64,000 nucleotides of DNA, from IMG/VR virus record IMGVR_UViG_3300029922_000014, positions 32,001 through 96,000 of that record. One strand, given 5' to 3'. Of this stretch, positions 46,433-54,982 are shown piece after piece; the stretch's first letter is position 1, and each line of letters opens with the position of its first letter. The stretch is from a virus. Under the pieces are notes generated by a model, which was given only the letters and a program-made list of their open reading frames with translations, ran no database searches and was not told where the DNA came from. Made by a program: the position numbers and the translations under genes.

Positions 46433-46903
46433 TCAAGCATCCCGAGGCAGGGAAATGGTATGTCCGTTGACAAACAACGTCGTCGAACGGTGTGGTTGAA
46501 GTTTCGCACGACACAGCGCCTGCATCAGCAGGGATTCCGTGACCGTGATCTTGGTACCTGGAAACGTAGTGATTCGGTGAAGGTCGGCGCGGACGACTTT
46601 CAACAAACACTCCAAAAATTCTTCAGTGACGGTCTGCCGACTCTGCGATGCAGGTTCCTCGGCCCACCATGCCTGATCGAAGTCCGCCATGGCCAACCCA
46701 GGGGACGCGCCGGTACCGACAACGCCTTCTTGCAGATTGGCGCCGAAGCAGGCAATCCAGGTATCGCCGTCTTGGGTCAGGCGCGGCGGAAAGATCACGC
46801 ACGGGCGCGTGCGCTCTTCCATCTCAACCTGCGCGTGAACGCGCTGCATGTGGCGCACACCGGCCAGATTCTCAGCGTCGCGTTGTTCAGCTTCCGTGCT
46901 CAT
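46433..46903 (-). CDS. hypothetical protein with HicB-like segment
   Basis: DGDTWIA.FG.NLQEGVVG.G.SP..AM.DFD; GGAG RBS. Confidence 0.55.
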   Translation of the reverse strand: MSTEAEQRDAENLAGVRHMQRVHAQVEMEERTRPCVIFPPRLTQDGDTWIACFGANLQEGVVGTGASPGLAMADFDQAWWAEEPASQSRQTVTEEFLECLLKVVRADLHRITTFPGTKITVTESLLMQALCRAKLQPHRSTTLFVNGHTISLPRDA

Positions 46904-47108
46904 TTATGTCTCCAAAAGGCGTGAATGAAAATGATCGAACCCGATGCAGATGAACCACTGGATCCCGCTCATGCGTCACACCGGACCAGGGGATCGTAGT
47001 CACACATCAGCGCTGCAAAGCACGCCATCACATCACAGGTGTTGACGAAACGATTCGTCGACCACCAGCAGAGCAGGCGCGCAAGGAAGGTGATGTGGTA
47101 ACGCACGA

Positions 47109-47405
47109 TCAGTTGGCAAGCCGGATATGGGTGAACTCGCCGTTGGGTGCCAGCACCACCGGGTGGCAATACCGGCTGGAAGCGCCACTGAGCACCACGT
47201 ACAGGGTGCCATTGGCCAGCGCGGTGCAGAAGTTAACATCCTCGCGGATGAACGACCGTGCGCCGCGAACATCGTAGACGCCAGTGACTTTGTCTCCGAG
47301 CAGGCGAACGGCAGCGCGCAGCAGTCCAGGAATGGGGCGACCGGCAAAGACGAAGCTGTCGGTTTGCATGGCGGGCGGCGTCGGCTGTTTCTTGCTGCGG
47401 GGCAT
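47109..47405 (-). CDS. hypothetical protein
   Basis: CAGGAG RBS; downstream of an N15 promoter. Confidence 0.6.
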   Translation of the reverse strand: MPRSKKQPTPPAMQTDSFVFAGRPIPGLLRAAVRLLGDKVTGVYDVRGARSFIREDVNFCTALANGTLYVVLSGASSRYCHPVVLAPNGEFTHIRLAN

Positions 47406-47445
47406 GGCTGGCTCCTGATCCGTGGGATCGTCGGTTGTGCCGCTG

Positions 47446-47499
47446 ATGGTACCGACCTTGAATCCCTGTCAATGCGCAGTTTTCCGCGTCATGCACAAA
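47446..47499 (-). promoter_or_regulatory. promoter TTGACA-N15-TACCAT plus CGCGTCATGC box (47480-47499)
   Basis: Read directly. Confidence 0.65.
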
Positions 47500-47507
47500 T
47501 GGTCAAT

Positions 47508-47520
47508 TGACATCGTGTCA
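47508..47520. repeat. dispersed palindrome (between terminator and promoter)
   Basis: atTGACATCGTGTCAgt. Confidence 0.9.
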
Positions 47521-47523
47521 GTC

Positions 47524-47555
47524 AACAAAAGCCCCTGGGAGGTCATCCCAGGGGC
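47524..47555 (-). terminator. intrinsic terminator
   Basis: GCCCCTGGGA-N5-TCCCAGGGGC hairpin followed by TTTTGTT on the minus strand. Confidence 0.75.
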
Positions 47556-47592
47556 AGTGGTCATCGGTAGTCGATGCCGAGGCCGAGGCCGA

Positions 47593-47847
47593 TCAGGCGG
47601 TGTGGTTGGTCACGGTGATGGTCAGGTCGACGACTTCGACCTGGGTGCCGGCGTCGATGGAAACGACCGCGTCGGTGTCGATGTTCAGCGCGCTGCCGGC
47701 AGCCGGGTTGGCGGTGGCGCTGGCGGCCACGGGAACGGTGAGCAGCATGAAGGTGCCGCCGGAAAGGGCGTAGCCGGTGCCGATGGTGAGCGAGGCGACG
47801 TCGACGAGGGTCGGGACGGTCTCATTGTGGACGACTTTGGTGGTCAT
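47593..47847 (-). CDS. small Thr/Ala/Val-rich protein, probably highly expressed
   Basis: CAGGA RBS, extreme GC3 bias, own terminator. Confidence 0.6.
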   Translation of the reverse strand: MTTKVVHNETVPTLVDVASLTIGTGYALSGGTFMLLTVPVAASATANPAAGSALNIDTDAVVSIDAGTQVEVVDLTITVTNHTA

Positions 47848-47956
47848 GGGATGGTTTCCTGAAGAGGGATGATGTGGATGAAGCAGGGGCGTGAACGATA
47901 AACGGCGTCGATGTCGATTCAAGCCAAGATCCCTTGAAGAATTGACGTAGTCGAAC

Positions 47957-48565
47957 TTACGCCGTGATCTTCAGCGCTTCGAGCAGCTTTTGCTTTTGTT
48001 CATCCCAGGACGGGAGCACGTTGCGCGCCTCCCACGTTCCGATGGACATGACGCTGCAACCGACGCGCTTGGCCAATTCCTCTTGCGTCAGTTTCAGGGC
48101 GTTGCGCGCTTCGAGCAGATTGAACGACGCAGGTTTATTGCCTGACGCCGCAACGGGCTTGACCGGATTCGGAGACGAAACCGTAGTGGTCACCGCCGCT
48201 TTCGGTGAGGCTGCTTTCGGGGGCGGCGTCGGGGGCCAGACTTTCGGATCCGTGCCCTTGGCAAGATTCTGCTGCGCCATCGCCTTGAACTTGGCAAGGG
48301 CCGCTTCATCGCGAAACAGGACCGTGCTACGATACGCCGTCGGCGCCAGGGCATTCAGTTCCTCGATGGTCAAGCCGGTCAGCTTGGACAACTCCGCTTG
48401 TACCACCTCGCGGATGCCGGGGTTGATTGGCCATTTGTCGCTGCGGAACATGTTGCTCAGCGTCGATGGCTTCAACCCTGCATCGGATGTGATTTTGTGC
48501 AGGGGAACACCGGTGGCGCGGCATAGCTCACGCAAGATGGCGGTCTGTGCTCGACGGTTGCTCAT
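47957..48565 (-). CDS. protein with two XRE/Cro-like HTH domains
   Basis: N-terminal AGLKPSTLSNMF and C-terminal ARNALKLTQEELAKRVGCSVMSIGTWE. Confidence 0.75.
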   Translation of the reverse strand: MSNRRAQTAILRELCRATGVPLHKITSDAGLKPSTLSNMFRSDKWPINPGIREVVQAELSKLTGLTIEELNALAPTAYRSTVLFRDEAALAKFKAMAQQNLAKGTDPKVWPPTPPPKAASPKAAVTTTVSSPNPVKPVAASGNKPASFNLLEARNALKLTQEELAKRVGCSVMSIGTWEARNVLPSWDEQKQKLLEALKITA

Positions 48566-48567
48566 GC

Positions 48568-48903
48568 TCAGGTTCCTTTCAGGAATTGCAGCGCCGCTTT
48601 GGCTTCGACTACCGTCGCTTTGTCCGCTTCGGAGGTTGGGAAGCCTTCGCCTTCGATCGCCACGAAGGAACTCTCAGCAATTGCGATCACGCGTTCAAGC
48701 AGATCCAGCACACTGCCTGGGGCGAAACACCCGGTGAGCGTGCGAATGGCTTTGAGGGCATCTGCTTCACTGATCTCAAACGGAATCGACAGCGGCTTGT
48801 CGTTCAGGACGTACCACGCTTCCGCCGGAGCGCCCAGGGAAGCGCGGTCGGCGCTGTAGTCCGCGTCCCCTGGATCGGGAAGAGCTTTTCGGTCATACGC
48901 CAC
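48568..48903 (-). CDS. hypothetical protein
   Basis: Coupled ORF. Confidence 0.5.
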   Translation of the reverse strand: MAYDRKALPDPGDADYSADRASLGAPAEAWYVLNDKPLSIPFEISEADALKAIRTLTGCFAPGSVLDLLERVIAIAESSFVAIEGEGFPTSEADKATVVEAKAALQFLKGT

Positions 48904-49273
48904 ACGCAGACTTGCAGGCGTCTTTCATCTCCGGGAACATCTCTCCGCGTTCGCACCACGCATGCTGCCACGTCTGCCAGTGCGCCTGAATGTGTGGGAG
49001 GAGATATTCCGAATGGATGGACGTTGTTCCGCCAAGTGCAAAACCGCGACGTTGACGCCACCGAAAAGCGGCATCGGGATACAGCGCTTTATCGGCGGCC
49101 CACAGCCGGAGACCTTCGACCAGCCTTTCAAATGCCGGGCGCATGTAGCGTTCTTGCTCCACCTCTGTGGGGCTATGCGCATGAAGACCAGCACGGTGAC
49201 AGATGTCGCAGCGGTCATCGGCAATAGCCATCACCCATCTCCTTTCGGTATCGCTCATCTGCCCGTAATCCAT
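48893..49273 (-). CDS. hypothetical protein
   Basis: Coupled ORF. Confidence 0.45.
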   Translation of the reverse strand: MDYGQMSDTERRWVMAIADDRCDICHRAGLHAHSPTEVEQERYMRPAFERLVEGLRLWAADKALYPDAAFRWRQRRGFALGGTTSIHSEYLLPHIQAHWQTWQHAWCERGEMFPEMKDACKSACGV

Positions 49274-49569
49274 ACGCTGAACATGACGGTAAGCAAAACC
49301 AGCGTGACCGCAGCAAGCACGATGATGACTCCCTCGCGATAGCGTTCATAGGCATACCCGCGCAGGATGGCCTGAACGTAGTCACCATTCAAATAGGCGT
49401 GATATTCCTGTTCGCCCATATTGCCGGGCACCTCGGGGTGCTCGCGCAGGAATCGGACAAGGTCATGGCCTTGGCCAAGAGAACAGTTCTTCAAGCTGAC
49501 AGTGTAAAGCACGGCTTCTCCGCAGGTAGACACAGTGGCACGGTCAGCTTTCCGTAGTCGATCGAGCAT
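49255..49569 (-). CDS. hypothetical protein with C-terminal TM
   Basis: Hydrophobic C-terminus. Confidence 0.45.
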   Translation of the reverse strand: MLDRLRKADRATVSTCGEAVLYTVSLKNCSLGQGHDLVRFLREHPEVPGNMGEQEYHAYLNGDYVQAILRGYAYERYREGVIIVLAAVTLVLLTVMFSVWITGR

Positions 49570-51661
49570 CACCGTCGCGATCAAGGTGGCGCTCGATCTC
49601 GCCGCACTTGGTGCAAAAGATGGTTCGTGATCCCATCTTGAAGTCATGCTCGCAGTGTTTGTCGTCGGACTTCGACGCCGCTTCCTCCTGTTCTGCGCGT
49701 GGTCTGATGATCAACGATTCCGGTTTGTCGATGTGCGATTCGACGTCACCGAACATGGAACCGCCGGGATCACGATTGTAGTTGATCGTCAATCCACGCT
49801 TGTGCACTTCGCCCCACGCCTCCTTCAGAATCGCCTGCGCTTCTTGCATCCGACATTCCAGCGTGGGCGGCAGCGACGCTTCCTGTTCTGCCTTGCGCTT
49901 CGCCGCGTCGATCGCTTTCTGTTCTTCCGCTTTGCGCGCAGCATGGATCACGCGCGCCTTGGCCGCTTCGGGTTCATTGGCCGGGATCACGCGGTACTTG
50001 TCGACGACGAAGGCATTGCCGGCGACCTTGACCGTCACGCTGTCAGCATCGCGGTCGATAATCTTGCCGGTCTCCCCGATCCACTTGCCGCTGATGATGG
50101 TGACGACGTCAGCGGCGAACTCCTTCGGAGCGCCGGGGGTGATCTCGTGGTAGTGGCCGTCGATGTCCAACCAGTCCACAGCGCGCTCTTTGTCGGTGCA
50201 GGTGCGACAGAGGCCATTGGCAGTTGTCGGCTCATCGCAGTCGGCATTGGCGCACTTGGACGTCACCGAAACCGACTGGTCCGTAGTGCCGAGAGCGACC
50301 CCGTCGACGCCCATGATCTTGAAGGGCGCTTGCAGTTCCACCTCACCATTGCGGACGGCGATCTTCAGCCCGTCGAACAGCTTCCCCCACGCAGGAACAC
50401 GGAACCCCCTCCAGGCGTAAAGGTGCTGATCGAAGCTCTCGATCGCATTCGGACCGTTGACGGGATAGGGTCCGCGGCTTCCACGCTCGGCACGGATGAC
50501 GTGCACATACCCGTCAAGCGCACGCCCATCTTCATTCCACCCTGGCCACGTCTTCAGATAGATCAGCAGAGCCTCGCGCAGTTCAGTCATCAGCGCCGTC
50601 TGTTCCTCCTCGACCGTAGTAGGCGCATCGGCAGCCGGCCAGTGGGCGTCCGGTGAAGCGGTCACCCGGAACGAAGCGGGATTGACCATCCCAGGAAGCT
50701 CAGGAAGCCTCTTTAACGCAGCCGCAGCCGCGGATGGTCCTTCGGTGACCGGCAGGAGCGCGGGGTCCACCAGCGGCCCCGGAAGAGGCTGCATTCTGGC
50801 AGCGGCGGCAGCGGCGACTGCCTTCTCGCGCCCCTGGCAGGTGTGGCCAGTTCCGGCACCTTCGACACGGGCAGCTTTCAGCTGCTTGAGAATGTAATAC
50901 AGCGACTGGATGGGTTCGCCGGATTCAGGCATCTCGGGCGGGGGATCCTGTTTAACCAGCGGCTGGTTGGCAGCGATCTCATCCGTCAGCGCATCGACAT
51001 CGGCACCTCGGTAGTCGTTCGGTTGGGCGGCAGGCGTCGTCAGGCTCTTCACCGCCAACCGGTGCGCGGACCGCGCTTTGAGCAACCGCGCCAGATCAGT
51101 AGTCGTGAACGCCACATTGTTGGCGACATAGCCGTCACCGGCCTGCGTGAGCTTGACGTTGAACACACTTTCGACGGCTTCGGTGAGCGTCACGGGAGGA
51201 AGGAAGCCTTCACGATACGTAGTGCAGGAGAGCGACGCACAGTGCCACTTCCCATCCACCGGTTGCAACTTCCACAGCAGGATGCGCGATGCATCGAAGT
51301 TAGCGCCAACCTGCACAGCGTCGTCCCATTCGATACGTCCGTTACGCGAGGTCTCCGTGGGCCGGGTCGCACCCCAGCGCACCGCTTCCGCCAGCGCTTC
51401 CCACACGGCCATGTCGGCGCGACTGATCCTGGTGACGTCGAGGAAGTCGCGGCTGTGCCATTCGAGCCCATCGACGAAGCGCTCGAAGGTCACGCTGAGG
51501 TCGAGCATGTAGTCTTTACGGGCGTCCATGGCGCTCTCGAACGCGTTCAAGCAGTCCACCATGAAGCGGGCGGCAATGTCGGGCGGCAGGAAGCTCGCAC
51601 GCGCGCTGAAGGATTCCAGGGCGGACTGGACGGCAGCGATGACGGAGGTGGGCTTGGGCAT
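49544..51661 (-). CDS. large mosaic hypothetical protein (KOW-like segment, Zn ribbons, INYNRDPGGSM module)
   Basis: VTIISGKWIGETGKI KOW-like motif; GAG RBS before MPKPTS. Confidence 0.65.
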   Translation of the reverse strand: MPKPTSVIAAVQSALESFSARASFLPPDIAARFMVDCLNAFESAMDARKDYMLDLSVTFERFVDGLEWHSRDFLDVTRISRADMAVWEALAEAVRWGATRPTETSRNGRIEWDDAVQVGANFDASRILLWKLQPVDGKWHCASLSCTTYREGFLPPVTLTEAVESVFNVKLTQAGDGYVANNVAFTTTDLARLLKARSAHRLAVKSLTTPAAQPNDYRGADVDALTDEIAANQPLVKQDPPPEMPESGEPIQSLYYILKQLKAARVEGAGTGHTCQGREKAVAAAAAARMQPLPGPLVDPALLPVTEGPSAAAAALKRLPELPGMVNPASFRVTASPDAHWPAADAPTTVEEEQTALMTELREALLIYLKTWPGWNEDGRALDGYVHVIRAERGSRGPYPVNGPNAIESFDQHLYAWRGFRVPAWGKLFDGLKIAVRNGEVELQAPFKIMGVDGVALGTTDQSVSVTSKCANADCDEPTTANGLCRTCTDKERAVDWLDIDGHYHEITPGAPKEFAADVVTIISGKWIGETGKIIDRDADSVTVKVAGNAFVVDKYRVIPANEPEAAKARVIHAARKAEEQKAIDAAKRKAEQEASLPPTLECRMQEAQAILKEAWGEVHKRGLTINYNRDPGGSMFGDVESHIDKPESLIIRPRAEQEEAASKSDDKHCEHDFKMGSRTIFCTKCGEIERHLDRDGDARSTTES

Positions 51662-51688
51662 GGTGTTCTCGGCGTGGCAGAAGTGGAT

Positions 51689-51701
51689 TGACGACGTGTC
51701 A
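51689..51701. repeat. dispersed palindrome, 1-mismatch variant
   Basis: atTGACGACGTGTCAgt. Confidence 0.8.
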
Positions 51702-51702
51702 G

Positions 51703-51867
51703 TTAGCAACGCGCCGCGATGGCAGATCCCAGCCACACGACGCAGAGCCCAGCGACGCCCAGATAGGTGCCGAATTGGTAGTCGTGATGCAGGGCTCCAG
51801 CGATGAAGCCGACAACCATCAGCACGATGGCGATGAAGGCGGCGATGAGGATGATTGCTTTGTTCAT
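51703..51867 (-). CDS. small 2-TM membrane protein
   Basis: Two hydrophobic segments. Confidence 0.5.
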   Translation of the reverse strand: MNKAIILIAAFIAIVLMVVGFIAGALHHDYQFGTYLGVAGLCVVWLGSAIAARC

Positions 51868-51874
51868 GGTGTTC

Positions 51875-52444
51875 TCAGGGTGCGGGAGGAGCGGGTGGCA
51901 GGTTGTTATACAGCGCATTCCACAAACCAGAAATGATGGCAGCTCCTGACGATCCGGCCACGTGCTGCGCGTCCGAAACGTCAGGCGACAAAGCCCATTC
52001 GGATAAACCAAGTTGACGGATGAGGGCGATGTCCTCTTCGGACACGATGACATGCAAGACAATGCTGCGGTCCATTTTCCCTGACGTCGGTTCCGCGTCA
52101 TAGGTCGCAGCAAAAATGTCAGGCTTGCAGGGATAGCGCTCACCCTTGACGCCGGTGATGATCCAGTCCCCAGGGCAGACGATGTGGCCGCCTTCGAGGG
52201 TGTCGATCCAGCCGTGGTCGTGCAGGGTATGCGTGCAATAATGGCAACCCTCATGACCTTTCACATCAGGCCGGCGGAAGTAGCGGACGACCGCGCCTTC
52301 GCGAATCACGCGTGGGCGCTGAAATACCTGACCGTCGGCGTCAGGGTAGTCGAACATCTCGGTCGCCTTGTCGTCAGGATGGTCGCCATTCTTGAACCAT
52401 TGCACGGCTTCGATGACGACAGGCTTTTTTCTGAAGGCAGGCAT
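51875..52444 (-). CDS. PGDYG/PGDW-type conserved phage protein
   Basis: FRKKPVVIEAVQW...IDTLEGGHIVCPGDWIITGVKGERYPCKPDIFAATY. Confidence 0.75.
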   Translation of the reverse strand: MPAFRKKPVVIEAVQWFKNGDHPDDKATEMFDYPDADGQVFQRPRVIREGAVVRYFRRPDVKGHEGCHYCTHTLHDHGWIDTLEGGHIVCPGDWIITGVKGERYPCKPDIFAATYDAEPTSGKMDRSIVLHVIVSEEDIALIRQLGLSEWALSPDVSDAQHVAGSSGAAIISGLWNALYNNLPPAPPAP

Positions 52445-52451
52445 GGTGTTC

Positions 52452-52952
52452 TCAGTTCTTGGGAGCGGGGAAGAGTTGAACGATCCACTGGCACGCGCCG
52501 ACCTGCTTCAGCGTCCAGTAGTCGGGATTGTCTTGGGCGGGGTCATTGACGGTGCAGCCAGTCCCGTCGCCATGCAAGCAGACGCAGTGCCCGTCACCAC
52601 CAGGGATGATGTAACCGACCACGCAAACGGCGCCGGTCGCGGTGGCGGCTTCGGGCTGGACCGGGACGCAGGACATGCCCTTGACCTGAAGCGCACGCAG
52701 CACGTTGTCGCGATATGAGCCGATGCTGGCGATCGTGCCGCACAGCGGAATCATTTCATATTGGGTTGTGATGACACCAAAATAACTCAAGGCGGAGACA
52801 CACGCGCACGGGGCACAGTCAGAAGGGTGTGTCCCACGGCATTGATGGTTGGAGTCAGCGCCGGGTAGTGGGCGGAGGATCAGAACGACGGTAAACGCCG
52901 CCGCCAACAAGGTGACCAGGGCGGCAATGATGATCAGCGGGGTTTTTTTCAT
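52452..52952 (-). CDS. membrane-anchored/exported C39-like cysteine peptidase
   Basis: N-terminal TM, then SDCAPCAC..ALSYFG, GHCV and VNDPA (Cys-His-Asp order). Confidence 0.55.
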   Translation of the reverse strand: MKKTPLIIIAALVTLLAAAFTVVLILRPLPGADSNHQCRGTHPSDCAPCACVSALSYFGVITTQYEMIPLCGTIASIGSYRDNVLRALQVKGMSCVPVQPEAATATGAVCVVGYIIPGGDGHCVCLHGDGTGCTVNDPAQDNPDYWTLKQVGACQWIVQLFPAPKN

Positions 52953-52972
52953 GCTCTGCACCTTTCGTGAAT

Positions 52973-52985
52973 TGACACGATGTCA
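52973..52985. repeat. dispersed palindrome (intergenic)
   Basis: atTGACACGATGTCAat. Confidence 0.9.
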
Positions 52986-52989
52986 ATCA

Positions 52990-53211
52990 TCAGCCGGGGT
53001 GGTTATCAGTGGGGGCACGTGCAAACGCCGCGGACATGGCGGCCTCCGCACGTGCGCGTTGCACCGGGGTCGCGATGCCCCATTCGATGCGGACACTGAA
53101 TGCGGTCTTGGTCAGGACCGGTTCCTGTCCTTCGAGGTCAATGCCCAGGCGATCGGCAATGGCTTGGATCACCATGGCGTCACTGAGTTCGACGTAGTAG
53201 GGAAAGGTCAC
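52990..53211 (-). CDS. hypothetical protein
   Basis: CAGGAG RBS. Confidence 0.5.
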   Translation of the reverse strand: MTFPYYVELSDAMVIQAIADRLGIDLEGQEPVLTKTAFSVRIEWGIATPVQRARAEAAMSAAFARAPTDNHPG

Positions 53212-53312
53212 GGTTTGACTCCTGCGTGTTTGAGGCCGAGTTCATACCAGCGCCATTCATTCGCTTCGATGCCGCTGAGTTTCGAGAGTGCAGTTATGGC
53301 GTCGTCGGTCAT
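53208..53312 (-). CDS. 34-aa small ORF (MTDDAITALSKLSGIEANEWRWYELGLKHAGVKP)
   Basis: Below the track cut-off; ATGA and GTGA overlaps with both neighbours. Confidence 0.45.
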   Translation of the reverse strand: MTDDAITALSKLSGIEANEWRWYELGLKHAGVKP

Positions 53313-53968
53313 ACCGGTTTCTTTTTCTTTTTCGGCTTCTTCGGAGCATCGAGAAAATCGTCGCCGGAACCAAAGCGGTAACAATCCGTAGTGATGTGCG
53401 CCGGTTCGATGCGCAGCTTGTGGTCATTGTTTGAGAGCGCCAGGAACGCCACGTCCCAGCGCTGTTCGTCGGTCAGGTTGTTCCACTCCTCGGATTCTTC
53501 GTCATCAAAGGAGCCATGTTCATATTCAGCGGAAATACCATCGACGGTATTTGACGGAAAGCGTTCCGTGACGCTGTAGGACATGACCACAGGACCGGAA
53601 TAACAGCGCAATGACGTGATCAGCGTCGTATAGCCCATGTCGGCCTTTTCCAACTTGTGGCGGAAAAGACCTTCACGGCATCCGCGTTCGAGCAGGTCCG
53701 CAAAGAACTCACGGTCGTCTCCGTGGATCCACGCGAAAATCTCACACTGACCATGCACACGCGCCATCCACCGGACGAACTCATTGCCCAGGCGCAGCGC
53801 GGTGTTGAGCTTCATGGCGAACTGCTTCGGATCGTAGTCGATGCCGCGAGCATGATTCGGAATGAAGCTGTACGCGATGCTTTCCAGAACATGCCCGTAC
53901 CAAAAGCGTTCCGCCCCGCGCAGGCGCACGTCCGGGGCATCGCGTTGATGGAAAAGAATCGCGCTCAT
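53309..53968 (-). CDS. hypothetical protein
   Basis: ATGA coupling. Confidence 0.6.
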   Translation of the reverse strand: MSAILFHQRDAPDVRLRGAERFWYGHVLESIAYSFIPNHARGIDYDPKQFAMKLNTALRLGNEFVRWMARVHGQCEIFAWIHGDDREFFADLLERGCREGLFRHKLEKADMGYTTLITSLRCYSGPVVMSYSVTERFPSNTVDGISAEYEHGSFDDEESEEWNNLTDEQRWDVAFLALSNNDHKLRIEPAHITTDCYRFGSGDDFLDAPKKPKKKKKPV

Positions 53969-54582
53969 GTCGTGAGGGCTTTGGCTTCATTGTTGACGTC
54001 GCGGTCGATCGCTTTGACCGCATCGAAGCGGTCAGGATAGCGCAGGCGCAGCTTGGCGATGTTGCGATCGAGGATGCCAGGAAAGGCGGTGGGATCGAAG
54101 GCGACCAGGGTGTGATAGATGCCGATCACAAGTTGCCCGGCGTTCACTTCGTTCAGCGGCTTTCCGTAGTAGATCGCGCGCTTGAGCAGGTCGCCCAGGT
54201 CACCGGTCTGCTTCAACAGAGCACCTTCGAGGTCATGGACAGAAGCGATCATGCCGCGCAGACGCACTTCCAGCGTATCGCGATTGGCAAGAAATTGCGA
54301 TTCGGCAAGGACGGCCGATGGACTGATGTAGTCGTCTTCCGTCACCTCCAGGTGCAGTGCGTCGCAGGCGATGGCGGTATACCACGCCAAGTCCCCGATC
54401 TCCTCCGCCCGGTGTTCGGTGATGGAGAGCTTGGGCGTACGCGTCGCGGTGGTCAGTTCCGCGAACTCGGTCACCAGCCCGGTGAAGGCGTGGTTGAGGC
54501 GCGCGAGCAGGGGATCGACGATCCTGCCGCTGTGGGGCGCTTCGGTGCGGATGGCGAGCGGGACGTATGACTTCCAGTCCAT
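53965..54582 (-). CDS. MazG-like nucleotide pyrophosphohydrolase
   Basis: HAFTGLVTEFAEL, EEIGDLAWY, NIAKLRLRYPDRF. Confidence 0.8.
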   Translation of the reverse strand: MDWKSYVPLAIRTEAPHSGRIVDPLLARLNHAFTGLVTEFAELTTATRTPKLSITEHRAEEIGDLAWYTAIACDALHLEVTEDDYISPSAVLAESQFLANRDTLEVRLRGMIASVHDLEGALLKQTGDLGDLLKRAIYYGKPLNEVNAGQLVIGIYHTLVAFDPTAFPGILDRNIAKLRLRYPDRFDAVKAIDRDVNNEAKALTT

Positions 54583-54589
54583 GTGATTC

Positions 54590-54982
54590 CTAACGGGAGC
54601 GGGTTGGTCTGAGGGCAGAGAGGAGGATGCGCGTCGCTTCATCGCGGTTGCGGTCACGGCTGCGGTGCTTCTCACAGGCGCCAGTGCGCCCGGTCACGGG
54701 ATCTTTCACCTTACAGGCGGTCGCGTTCACGTTCACGCCTTCACCGAGGCGTCGGTAGTAGGTCACTTCAAACGGCGGAGGCTGGCCACCGTACTTGTCG
54801 ATGTGCACACGCTGGTTGCCCCAACGCTTGATGGCACCCGCTTCCGTAGTGGCAATTGGGCCTGATGCACCACAGCGCCGGGAGGTGCAATCCACCCACC
54901 ACACGTTGTCCCGACTGGACTGTATCTCAGTCTTTTTGCTGCTGCAAAACGGGCAGCGGGCGAGCTTCTTCGTTTTCTTCAC
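54590..54982 (-). CDS. Lar-family restriction-alleviation domain fused to a degenerate release-factor (RF-1 domain) module
   Basis: CPFC...VDC...CGASGP...EAGAIKRW, then EVTYYR..GEG.NVNATACKVKDPVTG....CEKHRSRDRNRDEATRIL. Confidence 0.65.
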   Translation of the reverse strand: MKKTKKLARCPFCSSKKTEIQSSRDNVWWVDCTSRRCGASGPIATTEAGAIKRWGNQRVHIDKYGGQPPPFEVTYYRRLGEGVNVNATACKVKDPVTGRTGACEKHRSRDRNRDEATRILLSALRPTRSR

